A DNA stretch of 64,000 nt, from NCBI GenBank assembly GCA_943788675.1, contig CALSRE010000001.1:49400-113399 (forward strand). The letters run 5' to 3'. The stretch's first letter is position 1; every line of letters begins with the position of its first letter. The DNA is from an uncultured bacterium (GTDB taxonomy: Bacteria > Fidelibacterota > Marinisomatia > Marinisomatales > Marinisomataceae). The notes beneath the pieces are model-generated. The model was not told the DNA's origin and ran no database searches. It worked only from the letters and a program-made list of their open reading frames with translations. Of the stretch, positions 1-8,638 are shown one piece after another. The position numbers and the translations under genes were made by a program.

Positions 1-842
1 TAAAATTGATTCAAGGCTCTATTTCAGATAAAGATTTAATACAATCAATTTTTGATAATAATATCATTTCTGAAGTATACCACTTTGCAGCCCTTTTAAG
101 TCAAACAGCTGCAAAAAATCCAAAACTAGCTACAGAAATAAATGAAAATTCATCTATAAATCTTATTAATTGCGCCGCAGTTCATGGAGTAAAAAATAAT
201 ATTAAAGTAAAATTTTTCTTTCCAAGCTCAATAGCAGTTTATGGTCCTAGAAAAATACACAATGCATCTGAATTTGATATAATTAAACCAACAACAATTT
301 ATGGTATTAACAAACTAGCAGTTGAACAGTATGGATCTAAAAAACATACTGAGTTTGACTCAAAAAATTATGGCATTGATTTTAGATCAATTAGATTTCC
401 GGGAGTTATTAGCAGTGACAGTATCCCTTCAGGCGGCACTACTGATTATGCTCCACAAATGATTCATGCTGCAGCAACTAATAAACAATATATATGCAAA
501 CTCTCCAAAGAAACTCTTTTACCTTTTATTAGTATTGAAAAAACAGTTTTATCAATACATCAATTAATGGGGATGAATACTATAAATTCAACTTTAAGGG
601 TTTTTAATATTCAAGAAGCAAGTTTTTCAGTAGAGGATTTATATAAGGCGATTCAACATAAATTTGGTGAATTTAAAATTGAATATGTAATCGATAATAA
701 ATTTCAATCAGTTGCAGATACCTGGCCTTCTAGTTTAAATTGCGATGAAGCAAAAAAGAAATGGAAATTTACTTCCTCAGAAGATTTTGAAAAATTTATT
801 AAAAAGATGATTAATGAAATGATAAAAAATGAAAAAAATTGA
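1..842 (+). CDS. tdh: L-threonine 3-dehydrogenase, extended-SDR (UDP-glucose-epimerase-like) type; 5' end outside window
   Basis: ORF is open to the window edge. It has an extended-SDR core (TIYGINKLAVE Tyr/Lys context, GGTTDYA, ADTWPSS near the C-terminus). It overlaps the downstream kbl, its canonical pathway partner, by 14 nt. Confidence 0.7.
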   Translation, partial: KLIQGSISDKDLIQSIFDNNIISEVYHFAALLSQTAAKNPKLATEINENSSINLINCAAVHGVKNNIKVKFFFPSSIAVYGPRKIHNASEFDIIKPTTIYGINKLAVEQYGSKKHTEFDSKNYGIDFRSIRFPGVISSDSIPSGGTTDYAPQMIHAAATNKQYICKLSKETLLPFISIEKTVLSIHQLMGMNTINSTLRVFNIQEASFSVEDLYKAIQHKFGEFKIEYVIDNKFQSVADTWPSSLNCDEAKKKWKFTSSEDFEKFIKKMINEMIKNEKN

Positions 843-2007
843 TCGCATACTAAATTCTGAACTTGAAAAAATAAAAAATCAAGGAACTTATAAAAGTGAA
901 CGAATTATTGAAACAGCCCAAAAAGCGGAAATTAATGTTTTGGGTAAAAAAGTTTTAAACTTTTGTGCAAATAATTATCTAGGGCTTGCAAATAACCCTG
1001 AAATCAGAAAAGCGGCAATAACTGCAATTGAAGAATGGGGCTTTGGACTAGGATCTGTAAGATTTATATGTGGAACACAGACTATTCACAAAGAACTTGA
1101 AGAAGCTGTGAGCAATTTTCTGCAGAAAGAGGATACAATTTTATATTCTTCATGCTTTGACGCTAATGGCGGTTTATTTGAAACTATTTTGAGCAAAGAA
1201 GATGCTGTCTTCTCTGATGAATTAAATCATGCTTCTATCATTGATGGAATTAGACTATGCAAAGCTGCAAAATATAGATACAAAAATTGTGATATGGTTG
1301 ACCTAGAGAATCAACTGAAAAAATCTTCTGCAAGAATTAAATTAATTGCTACTGATGGTGTATTTAGCATGGATGGAACTATTGCACCAATAGATAAAAT
1401 TATCAAAATAGCTGCAAAATATGATGCTTTGGTTATGGTAGACGATTGTCATGCTACTGGGTTTATAGGATCAACAGGTAAAGGAAGTGGAGAGCATCAC
1501 AATGTTTTGAATAAAGTTGATATTATTACCTCAACATTTGGGAAAGCGCTTGGCGGTGCTTCTGGTGGTTTTGTATCAGCTTCATCAAATATTATAGAAA
1601 CTTTAAGGCAAAAATCGAGGCCATATCTTTTTTCAAATAGCTTAGCTCCTACTTTAGTTGTGGCATGCTTAAAAGCTTTTGAAATAATTAATAATGATAC
1701 TGGATTGATCTCCAAACTACATGATAACACAAATTATTTCAGACAAAAAATACTTGAAGTAGGGTTTGAGATTAAAGGCAATTCACATCCTATTGTTCCA
1801 ATAATGATATATGATGCAAAGAAAACAGTGGCTTTATCTGAAATGCTTCTAGAAAAAAATATTTATGTAATTCCATTTTCTTTTCCAGTGGTTCCGAAAA
1901 ATCAAGCAAGAATAAGGGTACAGCTTTCTTCCATACATAATCGAAAACAATTAGATTATGCAATAGAGGCATTTCATGATTGTGGAAAGACCTTAAATAT
2001 TATTTAA
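829..2007 (+). CDS. kbl: 2-amino-3-ketobutyrate CoA ligase (glycine C-acetyltransferase)
   Basis: 392 aa alpha-oxoamine synthase with motifs NFCANNYLGL, DELNHASIIDG, FSMDG and TFGKALGG (PLP-Lys context). Translationally coupled to tdh. Confidence 0.9.
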   Translation: MKKIDRILNSELEKIKNQGTYKSERIIETAQKAEINVLGKKVLNFCANNYLGLANNPEIRKAAITAIEEWGFGLGSVRFICGTQTIHKELEEAVSNFLQKEDTILYSSCFDANGGLFETILSKEDAVFSDELNHASIIDGIRLCKAAKYRYKNCDMVDLENQLKKSSARIKLIATDGVFSMDGTIAPIDKIIKIAAKYDALVMVDDCHATGFIGSTGKGSGEHHNVLNKVDIITSTFGKALGGASGGFVSASSNIIETLRQKSRPYLFSNSLAPTLVVACLKAFEIINNDTGLISKLHDNTNYFRQKILEVGFEIKGNSHPIVPIMIYDAKKTVALSEMLLEKNIYVIPFSFPVVPKNQARIRVQLSSIHNRKQLDYAIEAFHDCGKTLNII

Positions 2008-2051
2008 AAAATTAGTGAAAAAAGGACTTAATGTATTAAATTCACTCACTT

Positions 2052-3848
2052 ATGGATAATTCAATAAGAAATAGACTGTTAACAATCCTTTTTGTTTTTG
2101 GATTAGGTATTTATGCCCTTTTACCTTCCTTGCGATACGCAATGCTGAGCGAAGAAAGCATCTCTAATCTTTCAAAAGAAGAAGTTGATTATTATGATGC
2201 AAAAACTATCAAGCAAGGATTAGATCTTAAGGGCGGTATATATATAGTATTAGAAGTTGACTTACCTCAATTAATTAATAATCTTGCAAAAAATAAAGAT
2301 AATAACTTTGATTTATTTCTTATTGATTTAAAAAACGAATACAATAGTACCTCTGGAGATTTCTTTTCAATTTTTGAAGAGCTAGCAGATAAAAATGATT
2401 TAAAACTTCCAAGATACTTTATCAATTACGGTAAAACTAGAGATCAAATTATTGCTCAACTATCATTACAATCTGAAGATTCAATCAGAAGAGTTATTGA
2501 GATTATTCAAAATCGTGTTGACCAATTTGGTGTTGCTGAACCTACTATTCAAAAACAAGGGAATAATCGTGTTATTGTAGAGCTTGCAGGAATACAAGAT
2601 TCTGAAAGAGCAAGAGATCTGTTACAAAGTACTGCCTTATTAGAATTAATGATTGTTAAAGATATTGAAAGCACTAATGCTTTAATAAGACAGCTAGATA
2701 GCATTACAGCTACTTCAAATGAAGAAGCTGTAAATGATAATAATGAAATTAATGAGCTTTTTGAAACAACAGGATCAGATAACTTAAATTTTTCTTCATT
2801 GCTAATATCTGTTGGAGGAAATTTAGCAATCTCATCTAAAAATTTAAGCTCCTTCAAAAATATTTTATCTCAAGCAAATGTTAAACAAATTTTGGATGCT
2901 ACAAATAGCACTTTCTTAATAAGCAACTCTTCTATCGCCCTTGTAAATGAAATTGGAGAAGAAGAAGAATCTTACATATTATATCATTTATTTAACAATG
3001 CCGAATTAACTGGCGGCGTTATTGAAGATGCACAAATGAGACTAAGTCAAGCTGGTGTAACAGCGGGACAAGCAGTTGTTGAAGTTGAAATGAATAGTGA
3101 AGGGTCTAGAGAGTGGGCTAGAATCACTGGTGCAAATATTAATAATAGAATTGCTATCGTCTTAGATAGAAAAGTGCATATGGCTCCAGTTATAAGAAGT
3201 CAAATTTTTGGTGGAGGAACGGTTATTGAAGGCTTAGACTCCATAGAAGAAGCTGAAGATATTGCAATTGTACTAAGAGCTGGAGCTCTTCCAGTTCCTG
3301 TTACTATCGCAGAAGAACGAACTGTCGGAGCATCTTTAGGTGCAGACTCTGTTACCAAAGGGACGCTTTCAATGGCTATAGGATTGTTGCTTGTAGTTTT
3401 CTTCATTGTTGTTTTTTATAAAATGTCTGGTATTATCGCTAGTTTTTCAGTTATGTGGACATTGATTTTACTTCTAGGTGTTCTTGCATTGCTTGAGGCA
3501 ACTTTAACACTCCCTGGTATTGCTGGCTTAATATTAACAGTTGGTATGTCTGTTGATGCCAATGTTATTATTTTTGAAAGAATTAAAGAAGAATTAAGGA
3601 ATGGAAAATCTGTTAGATCTGCTATTGATTCAGGTTACGAAAGAGCAATTACCACAATTGTTGATGCTAATTTAACAACAGGTATAGCCGCTGCTGTTTT
3701 ATACCAATATGGTAGCGGTCCAATTAAAGGCTTTGCTACTGTATTATTTTGGGGGATTATTGTAAGTATGTTTACAGCTATAATTGTCACAAGGTTTGTT
3801 TTTGACTTTGCTACATCTAGAAAAAATATTGAAAAATTGAGTATATAA
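2052..3848 (+). CDS. secD: protein translocase subunit SecD
   Basis: 598 aa with an N-terminal TM helix, GLDLKGG motif, large periplasmic domain and C-terminal multi-TM bundle. Immediately followed by secF. Confidence 0.9.
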   Translation: MDNSIRNRLLTILFVFGLGIYALLPSLRYAMLSEESISNLSKEEVDYYDAKTIKQGLDLKGGIYIVLEVDLPQLINNLAKNKDNNFDLFLIDLKNEYNSTSGDFFSIFEELADKNDLKLPRYFINYGKTRDQIIAQLSLQSEDSIRRVIEIIQNRVDQFGVAEPTIQKQGNNRVIVELAGIQDSERARDLLQSTALLELMIVKDIESTNALIRQLDSITATSNEEAVNDNNEINELFETTGSDNLNFSSLLISVGGNLAISSKNLSSFKNILSQANVKQILDATNSTFLISNSSIALVNEIGEEEESYILYHLFNNAELTGGVIEDAQMRLSQAGVTAGQAVVEVEMNSEGSREWARITGANINNRIAIVLDRKVHMAPVIRSQIFGGGTVIEGLDSIEEAEDIAIVLRAGALPVPVTIAEERTVGASLGADSVTKGTLSMAIGLLLVVFFIVVFYKMSGIIASFSVMWTLILLLGVLALLEATLTLPGIAGLILTVGMSVDANVIIFERIKEELRNGKSVRSAIDSGYERAITTIVDANLTTGIAAAVLYQYGSGPIKGFATVLFWGIIVSMFTAIIVTRFVFDFATSRKNIEKLSI

Positions 3849-3850
3849 TT

Positions 3851-4771
3851 ATGAAATTAATGGAAAATACTAAAATCAATTTTATGAAATTTAAAACCAT
3901 TGGGTTTGGATTATCCTCTGCAATGGCTATTGGTTCAATTCTATTGCTTTTAATGGGTGTCAATCTTGGGATAGACTTTAAAGGTGGAACTGCTATTGGT
4001 GTTAGTTTTTCTGAAGATATATCTATTGAAGAGATAAGAAGTTCTTTAAAAACCGTATCTATAAATAATACCAGCTTTGATTTAAGCACAGAAGAAATTA
4101 AATATTTTGGCAGCAATAGCGATGTGATGATTAAAATTAAAACTCTTGAAAATGAACCAGAAAACTTTGGCCAACTAGTAATAAATCATTTGTACGGTTC
4201 GCTAAATAGTAAAGTCCCTGAAAATAAAAATGATTTTATTTTATCTCTTGGTTCTGTAAGCCCTAAAGTAGGATCAGAGCTAAGTGGAAAAGCTTTATGG
4301 TCAGTGTTTTCTGCGCTTGTACTAATATTATTTTATATTTCTGTTCGATTTGAATTCAGATTTGCGCTTGGAGCGATTTTAGCTTTAGTTCATGATGTTA
4401 TTATAACATTAGGAATTTTTTCTCTAACAGGTTTTGAAATTACGTTGAGTACAGTAGCTGCTTTCTTAACTATTGTAGGATATTCTCTGAATGATACTAT
4501 TGTTATTCTTGACAGAATTAGGGAAAACATGAAATCTTCAGGAACTGTAATGTTTGAATCGACTATCAACAAAAGTATCAATCAGTCATTAAGTCGAACA
4601 TTGATAACCTCTTTAACAACATTATTAGTGATTATTGTTCTACTAATGTATGGCGGAGAAGTTATTAGACCTTTTTCTTTTACAATGCTAGTAGGTGTAA
4701 TCATTGGAACATATTCTAGTATCTATATCGCAAGTGCGCTACTTGCTACCATTTATCAGAATTCTAAATAA
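3851..4771 (+). CDS. secF: protein translocase subunit SecF
   Basis: 306 aa with a GIDFKGG motif and C-terminal TM bundle. Lies 3 nt downstream of secD. Confidence 0.9.
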   Translation: MKLMENTKINFMKFKTIGFGLSSAMAIGSILLLLMGVNLGIDFKGGTAIGVSFSEDISIEEIRSSLKTVSINNTSFDLSTEEIKYFGSNSDVMIKIKTLENEPENFGQLVINHLYGSLNSKVPENKNDFILSLGSVSPKVGSELSGKALWSVFSALVLILFYISVRFEFRFALGAILALVHDVIITLGIFSLTGFEITLSTVAAFLTIVGYSLNDTIVILDRIRENMKSSGTVMFESTINKSINQSLSRTLITSLTTLLVIIVLLMYGGEVIRPFSFTMLVGVIIGTYSSIYIASALLATIYQNSK

Positions 4772-5652
4772 TGAATAATAGGATTTTATTTCCTTTTGTA
4801 GCATTGTGCTTAATTTGGGGATCTACATGGTATTTTATTAAGATTTCTCTTAATGCTGGAGTTCCTCCTTTTTATGGAGTTGGTCTACGTTTTCTATTTT
4901 CAGGAATAATATTTTTTTTGTATATATATTATAAAAAACTAAGTATTCCAACTACGCCTCAAGCAATCAAACTTTATCTATCATTTGGTCTATTAAATTT
5001 CAGCTTATCGTATGGAATGACGTACTGGGCAACACAATACATTTACTCTAGCATTTCTTCCATATTATGGGGTCTTTTTCCATTGTTTACTAGCCTTATG
5101 GCACACTTTATGATAAAAAATGATCCCGATGAAAGACTAAATAAAAATAAAATCGTTGCATTAATGATGGGACTAGTTGGAGTAGCAATTATGAGTACCA
5201 ATCAAGAGATTGATTTTAAGTCACAATCCTTTTCCGCAATCCTAGTACTAATTAGCGTGATTATAATTGCAGCCTATCCTAGCGTTCAATACAAAAAATA
5301 TAACGATGAAGTTGGTCCTTATCAAATGAATGCAGTTTGTCAGGTGATGACAGGGATTGTTATGCTTTCTATGTCATCTTTGTTCAAGGAAGATATATCT
5401 GTAATTGTTTGGAATAATGAATTAATTCTCTCAACACTTTACTTAATTGTATTTGGTGGATTTATATCCTGGGGTATCTATTTCTGGCTTTACCAACATT
5501 TAAATGTAACTCAAGTCACATATGTTGCCATTTTTCCGCCTATCGTAGCCATTTTCTTAGGATGGGTGTTTTTAGGAGAAATACTATCTTCGCAGGAAAT
5601 AATAGGAACTTTACTTATTTTAGGAAGTTCAGTACTAATCTATAGGAAATAG
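4771..5652 (+). CDS. EamA/DMT-family transporter
   Basis: 293 aa polytopic membrane protein of about 10 TM with the two-repeat DMT architecture. Its start overlaps the secF stop. Confidence 0.6.
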   Translation: MNNRILFPFVALCLIWGSTWYFIKISLNAGVPPFYGVGLRFLFSGIIFFLYIYYKKLSIPTTPQAIKLYLSFGLLNFSLSYGMTYWATQYIYSSISSILWGLFPLFTSLMAHFMIKNDPDERLNKNKIVALMMGLVGVAIMSTNQEIDFKSQSFSAILVLISVIIIAAYPSVQYKKYNDEVGPYQMNAVCQVMTGIVMLSMSSLFKEDISVIVWNNELILSTLYLIVFGGFISWGIYFWLYQHLNVTQVTYVAIFPPIVAIFLGWVFLGEILSSQEIIGTLLILGSSVLIYRK

Positions 5653-5677
5653 AGGCTATTATTTAATAAATTAAATT

Positions 5678-6298
5678 ATGATACAAAAAATAAAATCAAA
5701 TCTACTTGCTGGTATTGCGACAATTGTGCCTCTAGCGCTTACAGTTTATGTTTTACAAGTAACAATTGAGCTTACAATCTGGATTGGAGGAACTGTTGCA
5801 GAGCCCTTAGAAAGATTTGTAAATGTAACTTTCCCGGGATTTGGCTTATTAAGTTCATTGGTTGGTTTACTTATAGTGTTTTTAGCTCTTTTTGTTTTTG
5901 GAGGATTAGCAAGAAATGTTTTTGGTAAAAGAGTAGTAAAATGGGTTGAAGGTATTTTTAAAAAAATTCCACTGGTTGATTCCATATATGGAACAACAAA
6001 ACAATTAATTGAAACTATATCGGGATCAAACAACGATTCATTCAAAAAAGTTGTATATATTGAATATCCTAGAAAAGGAATGTGGACTCTAGGATTTGTA
6101 ACAAGCGAGTCAACTAATCAAGCTAACGAAGAATTTTATCACCTTTTTGTTCCAACAACTCCCAACCCTACTTCAGGCTTCTTTTTAATTATTGCTAAAG
6201 AAGATACTACTCCTGCAGACATCGATGTTGAGGAAGCATTCAGAATGATTGTTTCAAGCGGCATTGTTGGAAATCATAAAAATTCAATAGTTAAGTAA
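5678..6298 (+). CDS. DUF502-family membrane protein
   Basis: 206 aa with two N-terminal TM helices followed by a KKIPLVxSIYxxxKQ-type segment and a soluble C-terminal domain, which is typical of DUF502. Confidence 0.55.
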   Translation: MIQKIKSNLLAGIATIVPLALTVYVLQVTIELTIWIGGTVAEPLERFVNVTFPGFGLLSSLVGLLIVFLALFVFGGLARNVFGKRVVKWVEGIFKKIPLVDSIYGTTKQLIETISGSNNDSFKKVVYIEYPRKGMWTLGFVTSESTNQANEEFYHLFVPTTPNPTSGFFLIIAKEDTTPADIDVEEAFRMIVSSGIVGNHKNSIVK

Positions 6299-6329
6299 AA
6301 AAAAAGAGCACCTAAGTGCTCTTTTTTTA
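6297..6329. terminator. bidirectional rho-independent terminator between convergent genes
   Basis: A-run, then AGAGCAC (6305-6311), loop CTAA, GTGCTCT (6316-6322), then T7 (6323-6329). A perfect 7-bp stem is flanked by an A-run and a T-run, so it can terminate both strands. Confidence 0.75.
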
Positions 6330-6353
6330 TTAAACCTAAATGATAAAAGTCTA

Positions 6354-6581
6354 TTAACCTCTACCTCTAGCCATAGGTGCGCGTGATACATCACCGTCTT
6401 TATCGATGAAGTATAGGAAACCGCTTTCACGAGTTACGCCTGCGTCAGCAACTTTTTCTGCATTTCCGCCACCAGATCCGCCTCTTGACATACCTGAGCG
6501 CCATACATTACCATCTTTACCTAAATAGTATAGATAGCCTTTTTCTTTACTAACACCTGTTGTTTTTACTTTTTCAGCCAT
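6354..6581 (-). CDS. small Gly/Arg-rich protein made of two tandem ~33-aa modules (uncharacterised)
   Basis: 75 aa. AEKVKTTGVSKEKGYLYYLGKDGNVWRSGMSRGG and AEKVADAGVTRESGFLYFIDKDGDVSRAPMARGRG align with about half the positions identical. Strong SD (AAGGAGAAT) about 9 nt before the ATG, with a terminator downstream. The gene is much more GC-rich than its surroundings. Confidence 0.6.
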   Translation of the reverse strand: MAEKVKTTGVSKEKGYLYYLGKDGNVWRSGMSRGGSGGGNAEKVADAGVTRESGFLYFIDKDGDVSRAPMARGRG

Positions 6582-6744
6582 TTTTTTATTCTCCTTAAAA
6601 GATTATTGATAAGCTTTATTTTTATTACTCTTTAAGTCTACATCTAAACTTAATTTTTTGCAAGAATTTTCTCGTCGGAGCCCCCTCGATAAATTTTTAC
6701 AAAAAAGCTTTAAATATTTTATTATTTGGTTAAATTTGGCCCAT

Positions 6745-6818
6745 GCCCCGGTAGCTCAGCTGGATAGAGCAACGGATTTCTAATCCGTAGGTCACAGGTT
6801 CAAATCCTGTCCGGGGTA
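6745..6818 (+). tRNA. tRNA-Arg (anticodon TCT)
   Basis: Hand-folded cloverleaf. Acceptor GCCCCGG/CCGGGGT (G1-U72). D arm GCTC-AGCTGGATA-GAGC. Anticodon arm ACGGA-TTTCTAA-TCCGT. Variable loop AGGTC. T arm ACAGG-TTCAAAT-CCTGT. Discriminator A. No encoded CCA. Confidence 0.9.
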
Positions 6819-6972
6819 CGACGACAAATCCCCTTTTTACTCTTTTTAAAAACCTCAAAATTACCGACAACAAAACCGACAACAAAAATTCACTGATCTT
6901 CGGCCAACAGTTAGATAATCCGTTGTTCAAATTAGTATTTATAATATATAAGAATTATTATATATTTAGTTC

Positions 6973-7584
6973 ATGAGAAAAATTTTATTATTATTTCTGT
7001 TCTTATTTTTTGGTTGTGATGATAAAGATAATGCTTTTGAACCCAACTATTTAGGAACTTATTCAATTCTTTTTTCTACTTCAGGTTATGGCAATGCTCC
7101 AGTACAAATAATTGACCAATTTTCTGAAAGAGAAAATATTAGTGAAAATAGCTATTATTATCCTGAAATAATTTATGGAAAAGTAACAAGTATTGAGAGT
7201 GAAATCGTTGCTCCAACAGGAACATACACTGATAATCTTGGAAATACGCAACCTTATAATTACCCAATAAGTTCGATTGTAACCTTTGAATATGACCCCA
7301 GAATGTTTGAAGATGAAGAATTAAAAGTTAAAGTTGCTAATGCATTTAATATGGTTACTTCAGAAGTTACATCTTCAACAATAATACGATATGAACTTAT
7401 TTATAGAGCGTTAAGATTTGATACTTTTTTTCCTAATAACTGGAGTTGTCCAGATGGATATGAGGTAACTGGAGGTAGTGTTCCAATTTCTCCAAGATTG
7501 CCCGGCAATGCTAATGATACTTGTTGTTATCAGGGTAACAATAATATGTGGGTTCGTACATTTGTTACATGTTCGCCAGAGTAA
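6973..7584 (+). CDS. cassette 1 cargo: predicted lipoprotein, Cys-rich C-terminus, no recognisable family
   Basis: 203 aa with signal peptide plus lipobox LFFGC|D. The C-terminal part has several Cys (WSCPDG, DTCCYQG, FVTCSPE). It is the only ORF between att copies 1 and 2. Confidence 0.6.
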   Translation: MRKILLLFLFLFFGCDDKDNAFEPNYLGTYSILFSTSGYGNAPVQIIDQFSERENISENSYYYPEIIYGKVTSIESEIVAPTGTYTDNLGNTQPYNYPISSIVTFEYDPRMFEDEELKVKVANAFNMVTSEVTSSTIIRYELIYRALRFDTFFPNNWSCPDGYEVTGGSVPISPRLPGNANDTCCYQGNNNMWVRTFVTCSPE

Positions 7585-7636
7585 TTTTTAAAAATTTTAC
7601 AATATTTATTTAATTTTCTCCTCGATAAACCAACAT

Positions 7637-7679
7637 ATTTCTAATCCGTAGGTCATAGGTTCAAATCCTATCCGGGGTA
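7637..7679 (+). repeat. partial tRNA-Arg copy (anticodon loop to discriminator), T-stem variant
   Basis: Identical to 6776-6818 except C>T and G>A at the paired T-stem positions (ATAGG/CCTAT versus ACAGG/CCTGT). The 5' half of the tRNA is absent. Confidence 0.85.
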
Positions 7680-7832
7680 CGACGACAAATCCCCTTTTTT
7701 CACTTTTTAAAAACTCTATTTTTGACCTACTATAAAACTACTATAACTTTTGGACGATCTTTGGTCAACAGTTAGAAAATCCGTCGTGGTGATTAGTATT
7801 TATTTTAAGATTGAATTAACCTATATTTTTAA

Positions 7833-8555
7833 ATGAGTAAAATTGTATTCATATTTATTTTTTTATTTTTAGCTGGTTGTTCAACTTCTCAGAGCTATTT
7901 AGATGATGAGCTAAAAAAATCTCTCCAGTCAAGTGAAACTCGATCATTGTGTGATACTTACATAAATAATTATGAAAGTGAAGTTTGGAAAAATTGGGGA
8001 GAATCAACTAAAAAAACTGTAGATAGAATGTGTATTGATATTTATTTCACAGAGTATTTAACTCCTTATACATCAAATAGATTGAAACCTGAAGGTTATA
8101 TAATTGATTATACCCCAAAAAAAGAAAATTCAGCAAATAAATCTTTCCTTAAAGAATTAGGAGAATGGACAGAAATTTTATTTGGATTAATAGTTTTGTT
8201 TTCAGAAACCGATTCTTACAGCTCATCAAGCTATACTCCTTCTTATGAATTAAAAGATTATGGATATGACTACAGAGATAAAATTTCTTTTGATAAAAAA
8301 TATGATGTACAAAAATCTTCAAAGGGTGGTGTAAATGTATATAATCCTTCGTATGGAAGCGGTTTTCAAGTTATTGAGTATGGAAATGACTACTATTACA
8401 GAGATGCATTTGGAAATCTAAATGACTTACACATGGATTATTCTGAAAGTGATACCTTTAGTGGAAAAAGAGTTTTTAGAGATCCATACACATCTAAAAA
8501 AATCATACTTAAGCAAAATAAGTATTATAATTATAGTATTGAATTTTCTGACTAA
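7833..8555 (+). CDS. cassette 2 cargo: predicted lipoprotein, Tyr/Ser/Asp-rich, no recognisable family
   Basis: 240 aa with signal peptide plus lipobox FLAGC|S. No similarity to the cassette 1 protein that I can see by eye. It is the only substantial ORF between att copies 2 and 3. Confidence 0.6.
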   Translation: MSKIVFIFIFLFLAGCSTSQSYLDDELKKSLQSSETRSLCDTYINNYESEVWKNWGESTKKTVDRMCIDIYFTEYLTPYTSNRLKPEGYIIDYTPKKENSANKSFLKELGEWTEILFGLIVLFSETDSYSSSSYTPSYELKDYGYDYRDKISFDKKYDVQKSSKGGVNVYNPSYGSGFQVIEYGNDYYYRDAFGNLNDLHMDYSESDTFSGKRVFRDPYTSKKIILKQNKYYNYSIEFSD

Positions 8556-8595
8556 AGAGAAACATTCAGGAATTTTCTCCTCGAGAAGTCAACGA

Positions 8596-8638
8596 TTTTC
8601 TAATCCGTAGGTCACAGGTTCAAATCCTGTCCGGGGTA
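8596..8638 (+). repeat. partial tRNA-Arg copy (anticodon loop to discriminator), chromosomal-side junction
   Basis: TTTTCTAATCCGTAGGTCACAGGTTCAAATCCTGTCCGGGGTA. It is followed by sequence unrelated to the cassette leader (TCTGCTGATT...) and overlaps the 3' end of the convergent SGNH hydrolase gene. Confidence 0.85.

Larger units (their letters stand above)
6776..8638 (+). mobile_element. tandem array of two integrase-less single-gene cassettes bounded by three direct copies of the tRNA-Arg 3' half (att-like)
   Basis: The segment ATTTCTAATCCGTAGGTCA(C/T)AGGTTCAAATCCT(G/A)TCCGGGGTA occurs at 6776-6818, 7637-7679 and 8596-8638. A conserved ~154-bp leader follows copies 1 and 2. A conserved AATTTTCTCCTCGA tail precedes copies 2 and 3. 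Confidence 0.55.

Noticed and set aside
6745-6818. On first reading, the anticodon loop appeared to contain CTA, which would make this an amber-suppressor tRNA.
   Set aside because: Folding the full cloverleaf places the 5-bp anticodon stem as ACGGA/TCCGT and the loop as TTTCTAA. The anticodon is therefore TCT (Arg), an ordinary tRNA for an AT-rich genome.
6730-6930. 66-aa minus-strand ORF from the track.
   Set aside because: It runs antisense through tRNA-Arg and the conserved cassette leader. There is no RBS, and its peptide (…VVPRTGFEPVTYGLEIRCSIQLSYRG…) is just a translated tRNA complement.
8422-8610. 62-aa plus-strand ORF overlapping the end of the cassette 2 lipoprotein gene.
   Set aside because: It is an alternative frame of a longer, better-supported ORF and reads into the tRNA-half repeat. 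There is no independent start context.
6776-8638. Possibility that the three ~43-nt repeats form a CRISPR-like array.
   Set aside because: There are only three copies, the spacers are 0.8-0.9 kb and contain full genes, the repeat is a tRNA fragment, and no cas genes are present.
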